This document shows, piece by piece, positions 8,992 through 22,452 of a stretch of DNA of 24,000 nucleotides (position 1 is its first letter; every line of letters starts with the position of its first letter). The stretch is taken from contig NC_015636.1 of the NCBI RefSeq assembly GCF_000179575.2, positions 697,495 to 721,494 of the forward strand, read 5' to 3'. The notes below the pieces were generated by a model. That model did not search any database. It was not told the DNA's origin and saw nothing but the letters and a program-made list of their open reading frames with translations. This DNA comes from Methanothermococcus okinawensis IH1. Lineage in GTDB: Archaea > AGJL01 > Methanococci > Methanococcales > Methanococcaceae. A program made the translations under genes and the position numbers.

Positions 8992-9300
8992 ACCATATAT
9001 AGTTAATAATTATAATATATAACTCAAAATGTTTATATACATTTATAATCATATTTAAATAATGAAATATAAATATACTTTAAATATATTTATATATTTT
9101 ACATGTTAGATATACTATAAATATATATACTAAATACACACTTGCATATAGCTAATGCAAATATGCATTAGGTATAATTAAATATAAATTAAACCTACAT
9201 TAAATATATATCTTATTATTAAATATTTTATTATTGATTTTTTATTAATATTATTAGAATTATATATTTTACATCGAATATTTTAAAATGAGGTGTTCTA

Positions 9301-10419
9301 ATGAACAGAATAAACATAAACACCATCAAAATAAAGCCATTAGTATCAGAATCTTCAAAATTATCTGATGATATTATGGCTTTAAAATATGTAATTATAG
9401 AACCTGCTGGATTTCCTATTAAATTAAACGGCGAGAATTTGAAAATTACCATTGATGACCCAAAATTATTCAATGTATATGCGCGAGACCAGTGGGAAGG
9501 TGAGACTGTAAAAGAAGGAGATTATATATTTGATACTACAATTATCCCAGATTATGCATTTAAAGTAATCTCAACATATCCCAAAGAGGGAGGAATTGTA
9601 ACGCGAGATACTCTATTTAAGTTAAAAGCAGCGAGAACCCACAACAATATAGACTTTAAAAAAGCGAGATTTGACGAGGTAATTGGTCAGGAAAATGCAA
9701 AGAAAAAATGCAAAATAATTATAAAATATTTAAAATGTCCAGAATTGTTTGGAGAATGGGCCCCAAAAAATATATTATTTTATGGACCACCTGGAACTGG
9801 AAAAACGCTTTTAGCAAGAGCTCTTGCAACTGAAACAGATGTTCCACTTTATCTTATAAAAGCCACAGAGCTCATAGGGGAACATGTAGGTGATGGTTCA
9901 AAACAAATCCAAGACCTGTACAACAAAGCATTAAATGATAGACCCTGTATTATATTTATAGATGAGCTCGATGCCATAGCACTTAGTAGGCAATATCAAT
10001 CATTAAGGGGGGATGTTTCAGAGATTGTAAATGCACTATTAACAGAATTAGATGGAATACATAACAATGATGGTATTGTTACAATTGCAGCAACAAATAA
10101 TCCTGAAATGCTTGATAATGCTGTAAGAAGTAGATTTGAAGAAGAGATAAAATTCGAACTCCCAAATGATGATGAGAGATTAAAAATAATAGAGCTCTAT
10201 ACAAAAAAGATGCCAATAAAAGTTAAGGCAAATCTAAAAAAATATGTTGAAAAAACAAAAGGCATGAGCGGAAGAGACCTAAAAGAAAAATTCTTAAAAC
10301 CTGCACTTCATAAGGCAATATTGGAAGATAAAAAATTTATTGAAGAAAAAGATTTGGATGATGTATTGAATAAATTAAAGGGAAATAAAAAAGAAACGCC
10401 TTTAAATTTATATGGATAA
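9301..10419 (+). CDS. single-domain AAA+ ATPase with CDC48-N-like N-terminal domain (MJ1494-like, proteasome-regulatory-subunit homologue)
   Basis: GAGGTG RBS lies 6 nt upstream of the ATG. Walker A is GPPGTGKT, Walker B is IIFIDELD, and the second region of homology is ATNNPEMLDNAVRSRF. The 372 aa length matches the short archaeal AAA family. Confidence 0.85.
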   Translation: MNRININTIKIKPLVSESSKLSDDIMALKYVIIEPAGFPIKLNGENLKITIDDPKLFNVYARDQWEGETVKEGDYIFDTTIIPDYAFKVISTYPKEGGIVTRDTLFKLKAARTHNNIDFKKARFDEVIGQENAKKKCKIIIKYLKCPELFGEWAPKNILFYGPPGTGKTLLARALATETDVPLYLIKATELIGEHVGDGSKQIQDLYNKALNDRPCIIFIDELDAIALSRQYQSLRGDVSEIVNALLTELDGIHNNDGIVTIAATNNPEMLDNAVRSRFEEEIKFELPNDDERLKIIELYTKKMPIKVKANLKKYVEKTKGMSGRDLKEKFLKPALHKAILEDKKFIEEKDLDDVLNKLKGNKKETPLNLYG

Positions 10420-10509
10420 ATAATATAATACATAAATTAAAATTTAAAATATATAGTAAATTTAAAATTTATAATTAAATAAAATAATAAATAGAATAAT
10501 AAATAAAAG

Positions 10510-13500
10510 TTATTTATTTACTTTAAAGAAATCTTCTATTTTAACCTGTTTATTTTTATCATTTTCAAATAGATTATCTATACCTTCTTTGATTAATTCC
10601 AATCTCTGTTTTATATAATCGCTTGCATTGTATTTTTCAGCCATTTTTTGAGAAACTTTCATATATTTTTCCACAGCTCCTTTTGAAACTGTTAATATTA
10701 ATTTACTTCCACATTTTGGACATACTCCTCTTAATGGAACTCTTCTAAATTTTGCACCGCATTTGCATCTAACCCCTTGTCTTGAAAATGCCCTTAAATT
10801 CCCAATTAAATCAGGAACAAAATGGGATTGAATTACCTTTTCAGCAACATCTCTTTCATCAGTAGCTCTTATTTTCTTTGCTACTGCTAACTGAGCCTCT
10901 GTTTTTTCCAGCATAGAACCTAATGTTTTATAAGCACAAACAAGAGGTCCAGCATCAACTCTTGAAGTTTCGTGGGTATATCCAATACCCTCATATTGAG
11001 ATGGTTTTCCTAATCTATCCTCAACGGTTTCTATTAGTTCCTTTACCTCTTTTGGAGAAGGCATTTCAAGTGTTTTTTCGTAAAATTCTAATGGATATTC
11101 CCAAACAGTATCCATGTTATGAACTTCTCCATCAACCTCTTTTGGGTCAAGAAGTGTGGTTAATACCAGCGGGGCATCCATTTGCCCACCTCTTTTATCT
11201 GGCAAAAATCGTTTGGAAAAGTTCAAAAATGCGTCTAAAAGCAAGAATATTCCGTCTTCGTCCCCGTCACAATTATGTATTTGAATATTTAAATTTATAA
11301 CTAAATTGTGATACTTCTTTGCGTTTAGTGAATATACAAATTCATCCTTTGCCTTGATGATGGTTTTATTTCTAACCTTAACAATGAAACCATGTTTTTT
11401 TAAGCCTTTTTTAATCTTAAAATTTCTATGTAGATGTAACTCATAGATATTTTGTTTTTTAGAAGATGTAAAGCCTATATTTTCAAAATATTTCATTGCC
11501 TGTATTCCATTATAATCAATTCTATAAACTGTTGATTTTGGAATTTCAGTTCCTCTTTTTTCATGATATTTCATTACAACATTTCCATTTCTTCCATTTG
11601 CATTTTTATCTACGCCCCAGTTTCCATATAATCCAAATTTTGATATCATTAAGGTATCAACATCTTCCAATAATTTTTTATTTGCACTATATATTACTAC
11701 AATAGGTCTTGTTTTTATGGCACTTCCATCTCCTGTGAAATATGCTGAAAGCATCAATTTAACCTTTTCCTTTGGAAGTTTGAATATAAATGAAGGCACT
11801 CTTTTATTGTGTGCATTTGTTCCTGTCTTTAATATCTCAGTGAATAGTAAATAGATTATTCTTGAACCAACGGTTATTTTTCCGTCTCTTTCATATATAC
11901 CAAATCCATCTCCAAATGCTTCAATTAATGAATTTTTAATATCCTTATTTACCTCCTCATCGTAATTTGAGAAGTTTAGTTGATAAACACTACTGGTTTT
12001 TCTTACATATCCTTCTGCCAAATAATAGCCAATTATTTTTAATAGAGGTTCAATTTTAATAATTCTTTTTATATTTACCCTATCCCGCTTAACTGCAATA
12101 AATATATCCTTTGGAACAGCAGATATATTCAATTCTGCATTTTTTAAAATTTTTAACAGTGAATCCAGTGGTATTGTGTCCTGTTTTATGTATTTAGTAA
12201 TATTTTTAATCAGTTTTTCTTTTCCTTTATTGGTTTTTTCTTTTTCTCTTTCTTTTAAACAGTCTTTTGGAATATTATTTATTATCCAATCCGATATCCC
12301 TCTAACCCTTATGAGCTCCCATATATTTTTATACTCATCCTTTGAGAGTTCCTCCAATAAATCAATATATTCTATATTTTCTTCCCCAAAATCCAATTTT
12401 GGAATTAGCATTAAGTCGTTTTCTTCAACATCCATTGCATTCTTTTTTATAAATTTATCCTCTTTTTCATTGTATATCATTACTGGATGGTCTGGTGTAG
12501 TTTCAAAACTTCTTCCTGTGTCGAGCTCTATATTTATGAGATGATTTGGAGAGGGTATTTTTAAAACTTCCTCAATGTCTGTTAAAACCATTTTTTTATT
12601 TAATGTATCGAAGGAATAAACCTTAATATTTAGATTATTTTTTGGTTTATTTTTGATATAGGCATTATTTTCATAGTATTCATTATCGTATAAATTGTAG
12701 AGTTCCTCAATTGTGATTCTTTTCACTTCTCCATTTATATTTACCAATACGGTTGTATTTGGTGGAAAGCAGTTTCTCCTCTTTGAAGCATGGAAATATG
12801 GATGAGCATATCCCACATTTGCCTTACAGTATCCTATAATCCTACCAACCATTCCCGCAGAAGTGTGTGGGGCCATTCCTATTACTAAATGACCAATTAA
12901 ATCCTCTTTATTTTTTACATTATAAAATCTATCTGTTTTATAGAATTTTTCAAGTAAATCATCGATAAATTTAGTTGCATTTACAAAATATTCTGCACAA
13001 GATGTTGGGATAATTATATCCTGCACTTTTAGTTCTATAACCTGATTTTCATTAGTTATTGGATTTCCATATATATCCTTGTCATAACCTAGTTCTTTTA
13101 ATTTTTCAACGGATACATTTATTTCACAAGGTTTAAAATGAGTAATTGGCACATCCGTGCAGTCAAACCTCATAGTTCCATCTTTAAATACAAATACATT
13201 ATTCATTGCCCTTAATATAGCCTTTTCAAGTGGTTCCACTACTTTATCCTTTGACGTCATACCCTTAATACACTTTACATCCCCCGGTTTGTTTATCTTT
13301 AAATTTTCAAGTGCCTTATACCAGTAGTCTTTCAGCGGAAGTTCTATTCTATTAGGTCCTGATAATTTCACAGGAGTTCCGCAAAATGGACACCTATTGT
13401 ATAAACTTATCTTTCCACATTTTGGGCATTTTCCATAAGATATATCAATTGTATCAGTTTTACCTTCTTCAACAGCTTTATTTATCAATCTAACAACATT

Positions 13501-15600
13501 TCCTGCATTACCTATTGGAAATAACCCATTTACTGGTGGTTTCATTTTTCTTGGAGCAGCTTTTTCAGGTCTTCCCATACGAGCTCCTACATATATGTAT
13601 GCTTTCCTTTTAATCTCAAATGGTGCCAATAGATTTATAAAATGCATGCTGTTTTTTGATTTATTAAATATTTCATCTATATTGTTTATGTTATTATTTT
13701 TTATATTATTTGTATTATTTGTATTATTGTTTGTGTTGTTTATATTATTTGTATTAGCTAAATCTTGATTTTTTTCAACATCAAAACCCAATGAATACAG
13801 TAAAGGATAATATTCGTTTATTACGATAAATTTATTGAATATATTATTGATATTACCTTTGTTATTAGTTTTTTCTTTATTATTAATTTTATCTGTGTCT
13901 GTTATATTCTTATTAGTTATAACTTTATGACAGCACCCTATGAGCTCCAATATTCTTTTAGATTTTATGTGTTTTTCATCCTTTGAATTATAAGGAACCA
14001 CCCATATATCATGCCCTTCTTCTCTTTTAAGATATCCGCTTAAAAGCCAATTTCTTAACAACAATATATCCTCTTTTGACACATCATGCCAATAATATGT
14101 ATATCTTGGATGTAGTGGCGTTCCAGTTTTTATAGCAAATTTTACAGCTTTTTTTGGGTCAGGATTGTTTATATATTCTTTATTGTATTCAATATTTTTT
14201 GAAATAAGTATTTTTTCATACCATTCTTCACACCAACTACTTGGGAGTATTGGATGGTTATTTTCAAGAAAATCTCCAAAATTAATTAAAATATCTCCTA
14301 AAAATAATATTTCCTCTACGGAATCCCTATATTCCAATGCCTTCTCAATAGTATCAATTCTCATTACATTTCCATTTTTTAACTTTACAATAGGAGGTTC
14401 TATACTATCTACTGGAACAACACAGGTTGCCTTTCCAGGTCTTTCAGTTTTTAACTGAGTTCCGACAGCCATGAAGTCATCCACTAAATACATAAGTGCT
14501 GGGTGAAAACCATCTGTTGCAAACCCCGTATTTCTACTTCTGCCATACCTTAACCTGAAACCTCCCTCTTTTGAAGGGTGGGCAAAGACAGGTCTTCCTG
14601 CAATAACTTCACCTATATATTTTGTAATTGCTTCAATTTCAATATCATCATACAATTTACTGTATTCTTCAAACTCTTCTTCATCTATGTCATTATTATC
14701 GTTATCTTCTAAATTATCCTCTTCGTTTTCATTTTCATTTTCTTTTGCTTTTTTTCCCTTTAATTCTTTTAGCCAATCCCATCCTTCAATTCCAAGTTTA
14801 TCGACATGCCTTAAAATTTTTGGAGCTTTTAAAAGCACACCTTCTACCAGTGCAAGCAGAGCTCCCCCTCTTATTTGGTTGGTCTCTACCCTATCCAAAT
14901 CTCTATGTCCGCTAACTTCCACATCGTCCGTAGCTTCTCCTGTAATTTCTATGGGTATATTTTTTACAGCGGTTCTTATTTCATCGGGTTTTGGAGAATA
15001 TTGGAAACTACCAACTTCTGATTGATACAAATCAACTTCTTCCACATACCGTTCTACTTCATCCTCATTGGGCATATATCTATTTAAATTCATATTTTTT
15101 CTGACATAATCACCAACAAGAACAGATAATGCCTGAGCTGTCCCACCTGCACTTCTAATGGGTCCAGCAAAATATATTGCCAAATATTTACTACCATCTC
15201 TATTATTTTTTATTTTAACATGGGCAATTCCTTCAAGAGGAGCTGCTACAATCCCTTCTGTAATTATGGCTAATGCTGTTCTTACAGCCTGTTCTGCTAA
15301 TTCTTCCATAGTTCCTTCATTTCCAAATTTTCCTTCAACTATTTCTTTGGCAATCTCCAATGCAGCAGGTTCTTTACCAAGTTCTGAAACAAGTTCTCTT
15401 ATTCTTCCAGATACCCCTTTTGGACCTACAAGCCCTTCTACCCTATCAGCCATATCTTTTGCAAGAGGCACCTCTACAAAATCTGTGGGGTCATATCCTT
15501 TTTTTCTGCATTCCTCTGCAATATCGTAAATTTTTTTAACATTATCTAAAATATTTTTAAAATAACATTCCATATCCTTAGAGGAGCTCACATGAAACAT
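10510..15600 (-). CDS. polC: DNA polymerase II (PolD) large subunit DP2, intein-containing precursor (1696 aa; 1196 aa after splicing)
   Basis: GGTGA RBS lies 5 nt upstream of ATG 15600. The typical DP2 N-terminus is present ([24 protein letters not shown]). Zn-finger motifs are CPKCG-x8-CPFCG and CKCG-x12-CPKCG. The catalytic motif [14 protein letters not shown] is split by the intein. Confidence 0.95.
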   Translation of the reverse strand: MFHVSSSKDMECYFKNILDNVKKIYDIAEECRKKGYDPTDFVEVPLAKDMADRVEGLVGPKGVSGRIRELVSELGKEPAALEIAKEIVEGKFGNEGTMEELAEQAVRTALAIITEGIVAAPLEGIAHVKIKNNRDGSKYLAIYFAGPIRSAGGTAQALSVLVGDYVRKNMNLNRYMPNEDEVERYVEEVDLYQSEVGSFQYSPKPDEIRTAVKNIPIEITGEATDDVEVSGHRDLDRVETNQIRGGALLALVEGVLLKAPKILRHVDKLGIEGWDWLKELKGKKAKENENENEEDNLEDNDNNDIDEEEFEEYSKLYDDIEIEAITKYIGEVIAGRPVFAHPSKEGGFRLRYGRSRNTGFATDGFHPALMYLVDDFMAVGTQLKTERPGKATCVVPVDSIEPPIVKLKNGNVMRIDTIEKALEYRDSVEEILFLGDILINFGDFLENNHPILPSSWCEEWYEKILISKNIEYNKEYINNPDPKKAVKFAIKTGTPLHPRYTYYWHDVSKEDILLLRNWLLSGYLKREEGHDIWVVPYNSKDEKHIKSKRILELIGCCHKVITNKNITDTDKINNKEKTNNKGNINNIFNKFIVINEYYPLLYSLGFDVEKNQDLANTNNINNTNNNTNNTNNIKNNNINNIDEIFNKSKNSMHFINLLAPFEIKRKAYIYVGARMGRPEKAAPRKMKPPVNGLFPIGNAGNVVRLINKAVEEGKTDTIDISYGKCPKCGKISLYNRCPFCGTPVKLSGPNRIELPLKDYWYKALENLKINKPGDVKCIKGMTSKDKVVEPLEKAILRAMNNVFVFKDGTMRFDCTDVPITHFKPCEINVSVEKLKELGYDKDIYGNPITNENQVIELKVQDIIIPTSCAEYFVNATKFIDDLLEKFYKTDRFYNVKNKEDLIGHLVIGMAPHTSAGMVGRIIGYCKANVGYAHPYFHASKRRNCFPPNTTVLVNINGEVKRITIEELYNLYDNEYYENNAYIKNKPKNNLNIKVYSFDTLNKKMVLTDIEEVLKIPSPNHLINIELDTGRSFETTPDHPVMIYNEKEDKFIKKNAMDVEENDLMLIPKLDFGEENIEYIDLLEELSKDEYKNIWELIRVRGISDWIINNIPKDCLKEREKEKTNKGKEKLIKNITKYIKQDTIPLDSLLKILKNAELNISAVPKDIFIAVKRDRVNIKRIIKIEPLLKIIGYYLAEGYVRKTSSVYQLNFSNYDEEVNKDIKNSLIEAFGDGFGIYERDGKITVGSRIIYLLFTEILKTGTNAHNKRVPSFIFKLPKEKVKLMLSAYFTGDGSAIKTRPIVVIYSANKKLLEDVDTLMISKFGLYGNWGVDKNANGRNGNVVMKYHEKRGTEIPKSTVYRIDYNGIQAMKYFENIGFTSSKKQNIYELHLHRNFKIKKGLKKHGFIVKVRNKTIIKAKDEFVYSLNAKKYHNLVINLNIQIHNCDGDEDGIFLLLDAFLNFSKRFLPDKRGGQMDAPLVLTTLLDPKEVDGEVHNMDTVWEYPLEFYEKTLEMPSPKEVKELIETVEDRLGKPSQYEGIGYTHETSRVDAGPLVCAYKTLGSMLEKTEAQLAVAKKIRATDERDVAEKVIQSHFVPDLIGNLRAFSRQGVRCKCGAKFRRVPLRGVCPKCGSKLILTVSKGAVEKYMKVSQKMAEKYNASDYIKQRLELIKEGIDNLFENDKNKQVKIEDFFKVNK
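11272..12771 (-). mobile_element. 500-aa intein with LAGLIDADG homing-endonuclease domain, in frame within polC (DP2 residues 944-1443)
   Basis: The N-terminal splice junction is KRRN|[10 protein letters not shown], with Cys1 at 12769-12771. Block B is TTPDHPVM. Two LAGLIDADG motifs are present ([13 protein letters not shown] and [13 protein letters not shown]). Blocks F/G are [16 protein letters not shown] and NIQIHN|CDGDED, with the terminal Asn at 11272-11274 and a +1 Cys. Removing it restores the contiguous KRRNCDGDED motif. Confidence 0.9.
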
Positions 15601-15713
15601 ATCTTCACCATATTATAAAATTATAAAATTGTAAATTTAGTAAAATAATATATCCATCAAATATATAATATTAAAGTAAGTGTATAAATCTAAATATATA
15701 AATATATATTTGT

Positions 15714-15722
15714 AAAAAATAA
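15714..15722 (-). terminator. oligo-T archaeal terminator after RNase P RNA
   Basis: The minus strand reads ...CATGCC AATTATTTTTTACA, with a T6 run directly after the 3' strand of the P1 helix. Confidence 0.5.
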
Positions 15723-15724
15723 TT

Positions 15725-15964
15725 GGCATGAGGATTATAGCCCGCCTTCTGTAATTTCGACGACATTCGGCTAAGCGCTAAATGCTTGCACCCGTGCAGA
15801 ATGGTATCGTTTCACCGTTTCCTTGAAACTCCTCAATTTACATATCATTGTCATCTGTTTCAAGGCCGTGTCGTTTCTATATACCATTCAATCCTTCTCA
15901 GGATTTTATGCACATAAGGGGTGGGCGGAGCTTCCTCCTAATGGGAGTCGCCAATCCTCTTGCC
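15725..15964 (-). ncRNA. rnpB: RNase P RNA (short, probably type M)
   Basis: A GC-richer island in an AT-rich spacer. The minus strand carries a CR-I-like GAGGAAGCTCCGCCCAC, ACGGTGAAACG, GCTTAGCCGAATG and a CR-V-like ACAGAAGGCGGGCTAT. The terminal P1 helix pairs 5' GGCAAGAGGATT with AATCCTCATGCC 3' (11 of 12 bp). Length is about 240 nt. Confidence 0.78.
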
Positions 15965-15992
15965 AATATTGATAATTAATATATCGTAATCA

Positions 15993-16000
15993 TATATAAA
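15993..16000 (-). promoter_or_regulatory. candidate TATA box (TTTATATA) for RNase P RNA
   Basis: An exact match to the Methanococcus box-A octamer TTTATATA on the minus strand. Its centre is about 32 nt upstream of the P1 5' end, which is slightly long. The transcript may start a few nt upstream of 15964. The 5S terminator lies upstream, so an independent promoter is needed. Confidence 0.4.
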
Positions 16001-16099
16001 AAACCAAAGAATAAAAATGAAAAATAAAAATAAAGAATAAAAAATGCCAAATGTTGTAAAAAACACATTATACTCGAAAACTCGAAATTATATAATTAT

Positions 16100-16109
16100 A
16101 AATAAAAAA
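16100..16109 (-). terminator. oligo-T terminator after 5S rRNA
   Basis: The minus strand reads ...GCTGTTAGCC ATTTTTTATTTATAA, with a T6 run immediately 3' of the 5S gene. Confidence 0.55.
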
Positions 16110-16228
16110 TGGCTAACAGCGTCACCCTGTTTCCACCGGAAGGCAGTACTTAGGGTATCGCTGAAGGGCTTAATTTCCGAGATCGGAACGGGATCGGATG
16201 TTACACCTTCGCTATGACCGTTATGCCA
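16110..16228 (-). rRNA. rrf: 5S rRNA
   Basis: The minus strand TGGCATAACGGTCATAGCGAAGG...CCGATCTCGGAAATTAAGCCCTTCAGCGATACC...GGGTGACGCTGTTAGCCA has the conserved 5S loop sequences and complementary termini (GGCATAACGG / GCTGTTAGCC). Length is about 119 nt. Confidence 0.88.
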
Positions 16229-16286
16229 GAAAAAATAAAGCAGGCATAAGCCCCCATATCTTTAAGTGTCCAAGTATCCTAAATAT

Positions 16287-19254
<2,968 letters not shown>

Positions 19255-19348
19255 GATACTTGGATATCACCAGATACAGAGGCTTATACAAACCATCATC
19301 TAAAATCAGGTTTTCAGTTCATAACCCTATGGATTATGAACCTCGCTA

Positions 19349-19421
<73 letters not shown>

Positions 19422-19429
19422 AGTCCTCA

Positions 19430-19460
19430 GCCCGCAACCATTTAGTGCTTAGTAACGACC
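19430..19460 (-). other. 3' strand of the 16S pre-rRNA processing stem (bulge-helix-bulge)
   Basis: RNA GGTCGTTACTAAG-CACT-AAA-TGGTTGCGGGC pairs with 21004-21034. See the partner feature. Confidence 0.8.
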
Positions 19461-19468
19461 TTTTTTTC

Positions 19469-20939
<1,471 letters not shown>

Positions 20940-21003
20940 TATTTGCTAAGCATAGCTTAGCAAACACTCTTTGGAGTCGGTCAAAAAGTTTTGGAATTGA
21001 CTC

Positions 21004-21034
21004 GGTCGTTACTAAGTATCACTTGGTTGCGGGC
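21004..21034 (-). other. 5' strand of the 16S pre-rRNA processing stem (bulge-helix-bulge)
   Basis: RNA GCCCGCAACCA-AGTG-ATA-CTTAGTAACGACC. This gives an 11-bp helix, a 4-bp central helix AGTG/CACT flanked by 3-nt bulges on opposite strands (AAA and ATA), and a 13-bp helix. That is the canonical 3-4-3 BHB substrate of the archaeal splicing endonuclease. Confidence 0.8.
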
Positions 21035-21287
21035 TTACATCAAACCTGAGCTCCTATATTTTTCTATCTTTTCTCAGACTATCATTGACTGCATAATATG
21101 ATGGTGGTTTGGATAATGTATTGTTTTTAGGTTTGGAACAATATTATTTATTATTTTATATATTCATGCTTGAATCACATAATAAAATCACAAAAATAAT
21201 GAAATATAGTCAAATACCAAAATTAAATTAAAAATTATAAAATATTAACTAAAATATAAAAAATGTATGTAGTTATATAAATTAAAA

Positions 21288-22304
21288 TTAACTTCCTTTT
21301 GCAATCTTTTCTAAATTATCAAGTTGTTCAGTAGTTCCAAATGCATAAAGCACATCGTCTGGTAAAATTACAGTATTTGGAGGAGGATTTGTTATTAATT
21401 CATCATTCTTTTTGATACCAATAACATTAACATAATATTCCTGTCTTATTTTAGTTTCAGATAACAGCTTTCCTGCCAATGGAGAATCTTTTTCAATCTT
21501 TATCTTTCTTATCTCTAAATTTTCATCATATTCATATTTAGCTATGGACATAAAGGTAGATACAAAATCAAGAATATCTGGCTTCAATGCAAGTTCGGCC
21601 ATTCTTAATCCACCAATCACATAAGGAGACACTACTCTATCAGCCCCTGCAATTAAAAGTTTATCCATAGCAACCCTTTCATCAGCTTTTGCTACAATAT
21701 ATATATTTGGATTAATTCGTTTTGCAGACAAAGTAATATATACATTGTCTGAATCCCTTGAAACTGTGGAAATTAAACCTTTTGCTTCTTTTATCTTGGC
21801 CTTTAATAGTATATCATCAAGCGTGGCATCCCCAACTATATAATTAAAATTAGGATTATTTTCGAGCTCATTCTCTAAAAGTTCTGCATTGATATCTATA
21901 ACTATATATTTTGCTCCGGATTTTTCTAATTTATTTGCAACAACTTTTCCACTTTTACCATATCCACAGATAATATAATGATTTTTTAAATGTTTTATTC
22001 TTTTCTCCATATCATTCATCTGATTTATTTTTTTAAAATAACCACCTATAAAAAATTCAGCAATACTTCCAAAGGTATAAAATCCTACTCCTACGCCAAA
22101 TAATATATACATGGCTGAAAGGAGTTTCCCCAATTCAGTCTTTGGCACATAATCTCCATAACCTACTGTGGAAATTGTAACTATTGAAAAATACAATGCA
22201 TCTAATGGATTTAATCCTTCTATGTCCATCATAATTATTGAATAAATTATAATTGAAGCCCCTAATACAGCTACGCTTAATTTTATTCTATCGATAACTT
22301 CCAT
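21288..22304 (-). CDS. MthK-type two-TM K+ channel with cytoplasmic RCK (TrkA-N/TrkA-C) domain
   Basis: GTGGT RBS lies 3 nt upstream of the ATG. Two TM helices flank the K+ selectivity filter TVGYGD. The Rossmann motif IICGYGKSG starts an RCK domain. At 338 aa it has the same architecture and size as MthK. Confidence 0.88.
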   Translation of the reverse strand: MEVIDRIKLSVAVLGASIIIYSIIMMDIEGLNPLDALYFSIVTISTVGYGDYVPKTELGKLLSAMYILFGVGVGFYTFGSIAEFFIGGYFKKINQMNDMEKRIKHLKNHYIICGYGKSGKVVANKLEKSGAKYIVIDINAELLENELENNPNFNYIVGDATLDDILLKAKIKEAKGLISTVSRDSDNVYITLSAKRINPNIYIVAKADERVAMDKLLIAGADRVVSPYVIGGLRMAELALKPDILDFVSTFMSIAKYEYDENLEIRKIKIEKDSPLAGKLLSETKIRQEYYVNVIGIKKNDELITNPPPNTVILPDDVLYAFGTTEQLDNLEKIAKGS

Positions 22305-22452
22305 TTTACCACATATTTACATTAAAATATAAATAATATATAGATGGTGTGATAATATAAATGTAAATATAATGCTGTATAATATGTAATTTCGTTTTAC
22401 TCTAAATTTATTTAATTTTTAATTTATTTAACTCTATAATATATCTAAAACC

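Noticed and set aside
10923-15529. Plus-strand ORFs antisense to polC (10923-11300, 11496-11705, 12176-12544, 14165-14458, 14628-15025, 15158-15529)
   Set aside because: They are shadow ORFs opposite a strongly supported 1696-codon gene. Their composition is Ser/Phe/Leu-rich and low-complexity, typical of antisense translation of Lys/Glu-rich genes, and they have no RBS or domain signatures. The same reasoning applies to the antisense ORFs at 1310-1597, 2110-2295, 2695-2895, 3953-4492, 5216-5446, 5645-6137, 6296-6931, 7013-7294, 9231-9473 and 22458-23386.
15725-15964. Considered SRP (7S) RNA or a tRNA cluster for the GC-richer island between polC and 5S
   Set aside because: There is no SRP Alu or S-domain signature (for example GGUGCNGAAACC-type motifs) and no cloverleaf. 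The island carries RNase P CR-I-like and CR-V-like sequences and a P1 terminal helix, so I called it RNase P RNA.
16044-16217. Small plus-strand ORF starting at ATG 16044 (MPNVVKNTLYSKTRNY...) in the 5S-rnpB spacer
   Set aside because: It runs antisense into the 5S rRNA gene, has no RBS, and is below any reasonable coding threshold. It is most likely spurious.
21100-21287. Candidate rRNA operon promoters: TTTATATA on the minus strand at 21264-21271, TTTATATT at 21253-21260, and other TATA-like runs
   Set aside because: Several equally good TATA-like octamers exist in this A/T-only region. None has a recognisable box-B/TGC initiator at the right spacing, and the best match is about 230 nt upstream of the processing stem. 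I cannot choose between them from sequence alone, so no promoter feature is reported.
22313-22370. 11-bp inverted repeat ATATTTACATT ... AATGTAAATAT in the divergent spacer between the K+ channel and the CbiA-like gene
   Set aside because: It is almost entirely A/T. My rough estimate gives about a 50% chance of such a match in a 150-bp spacer of this composition. I did not consider it significant without conservation data.
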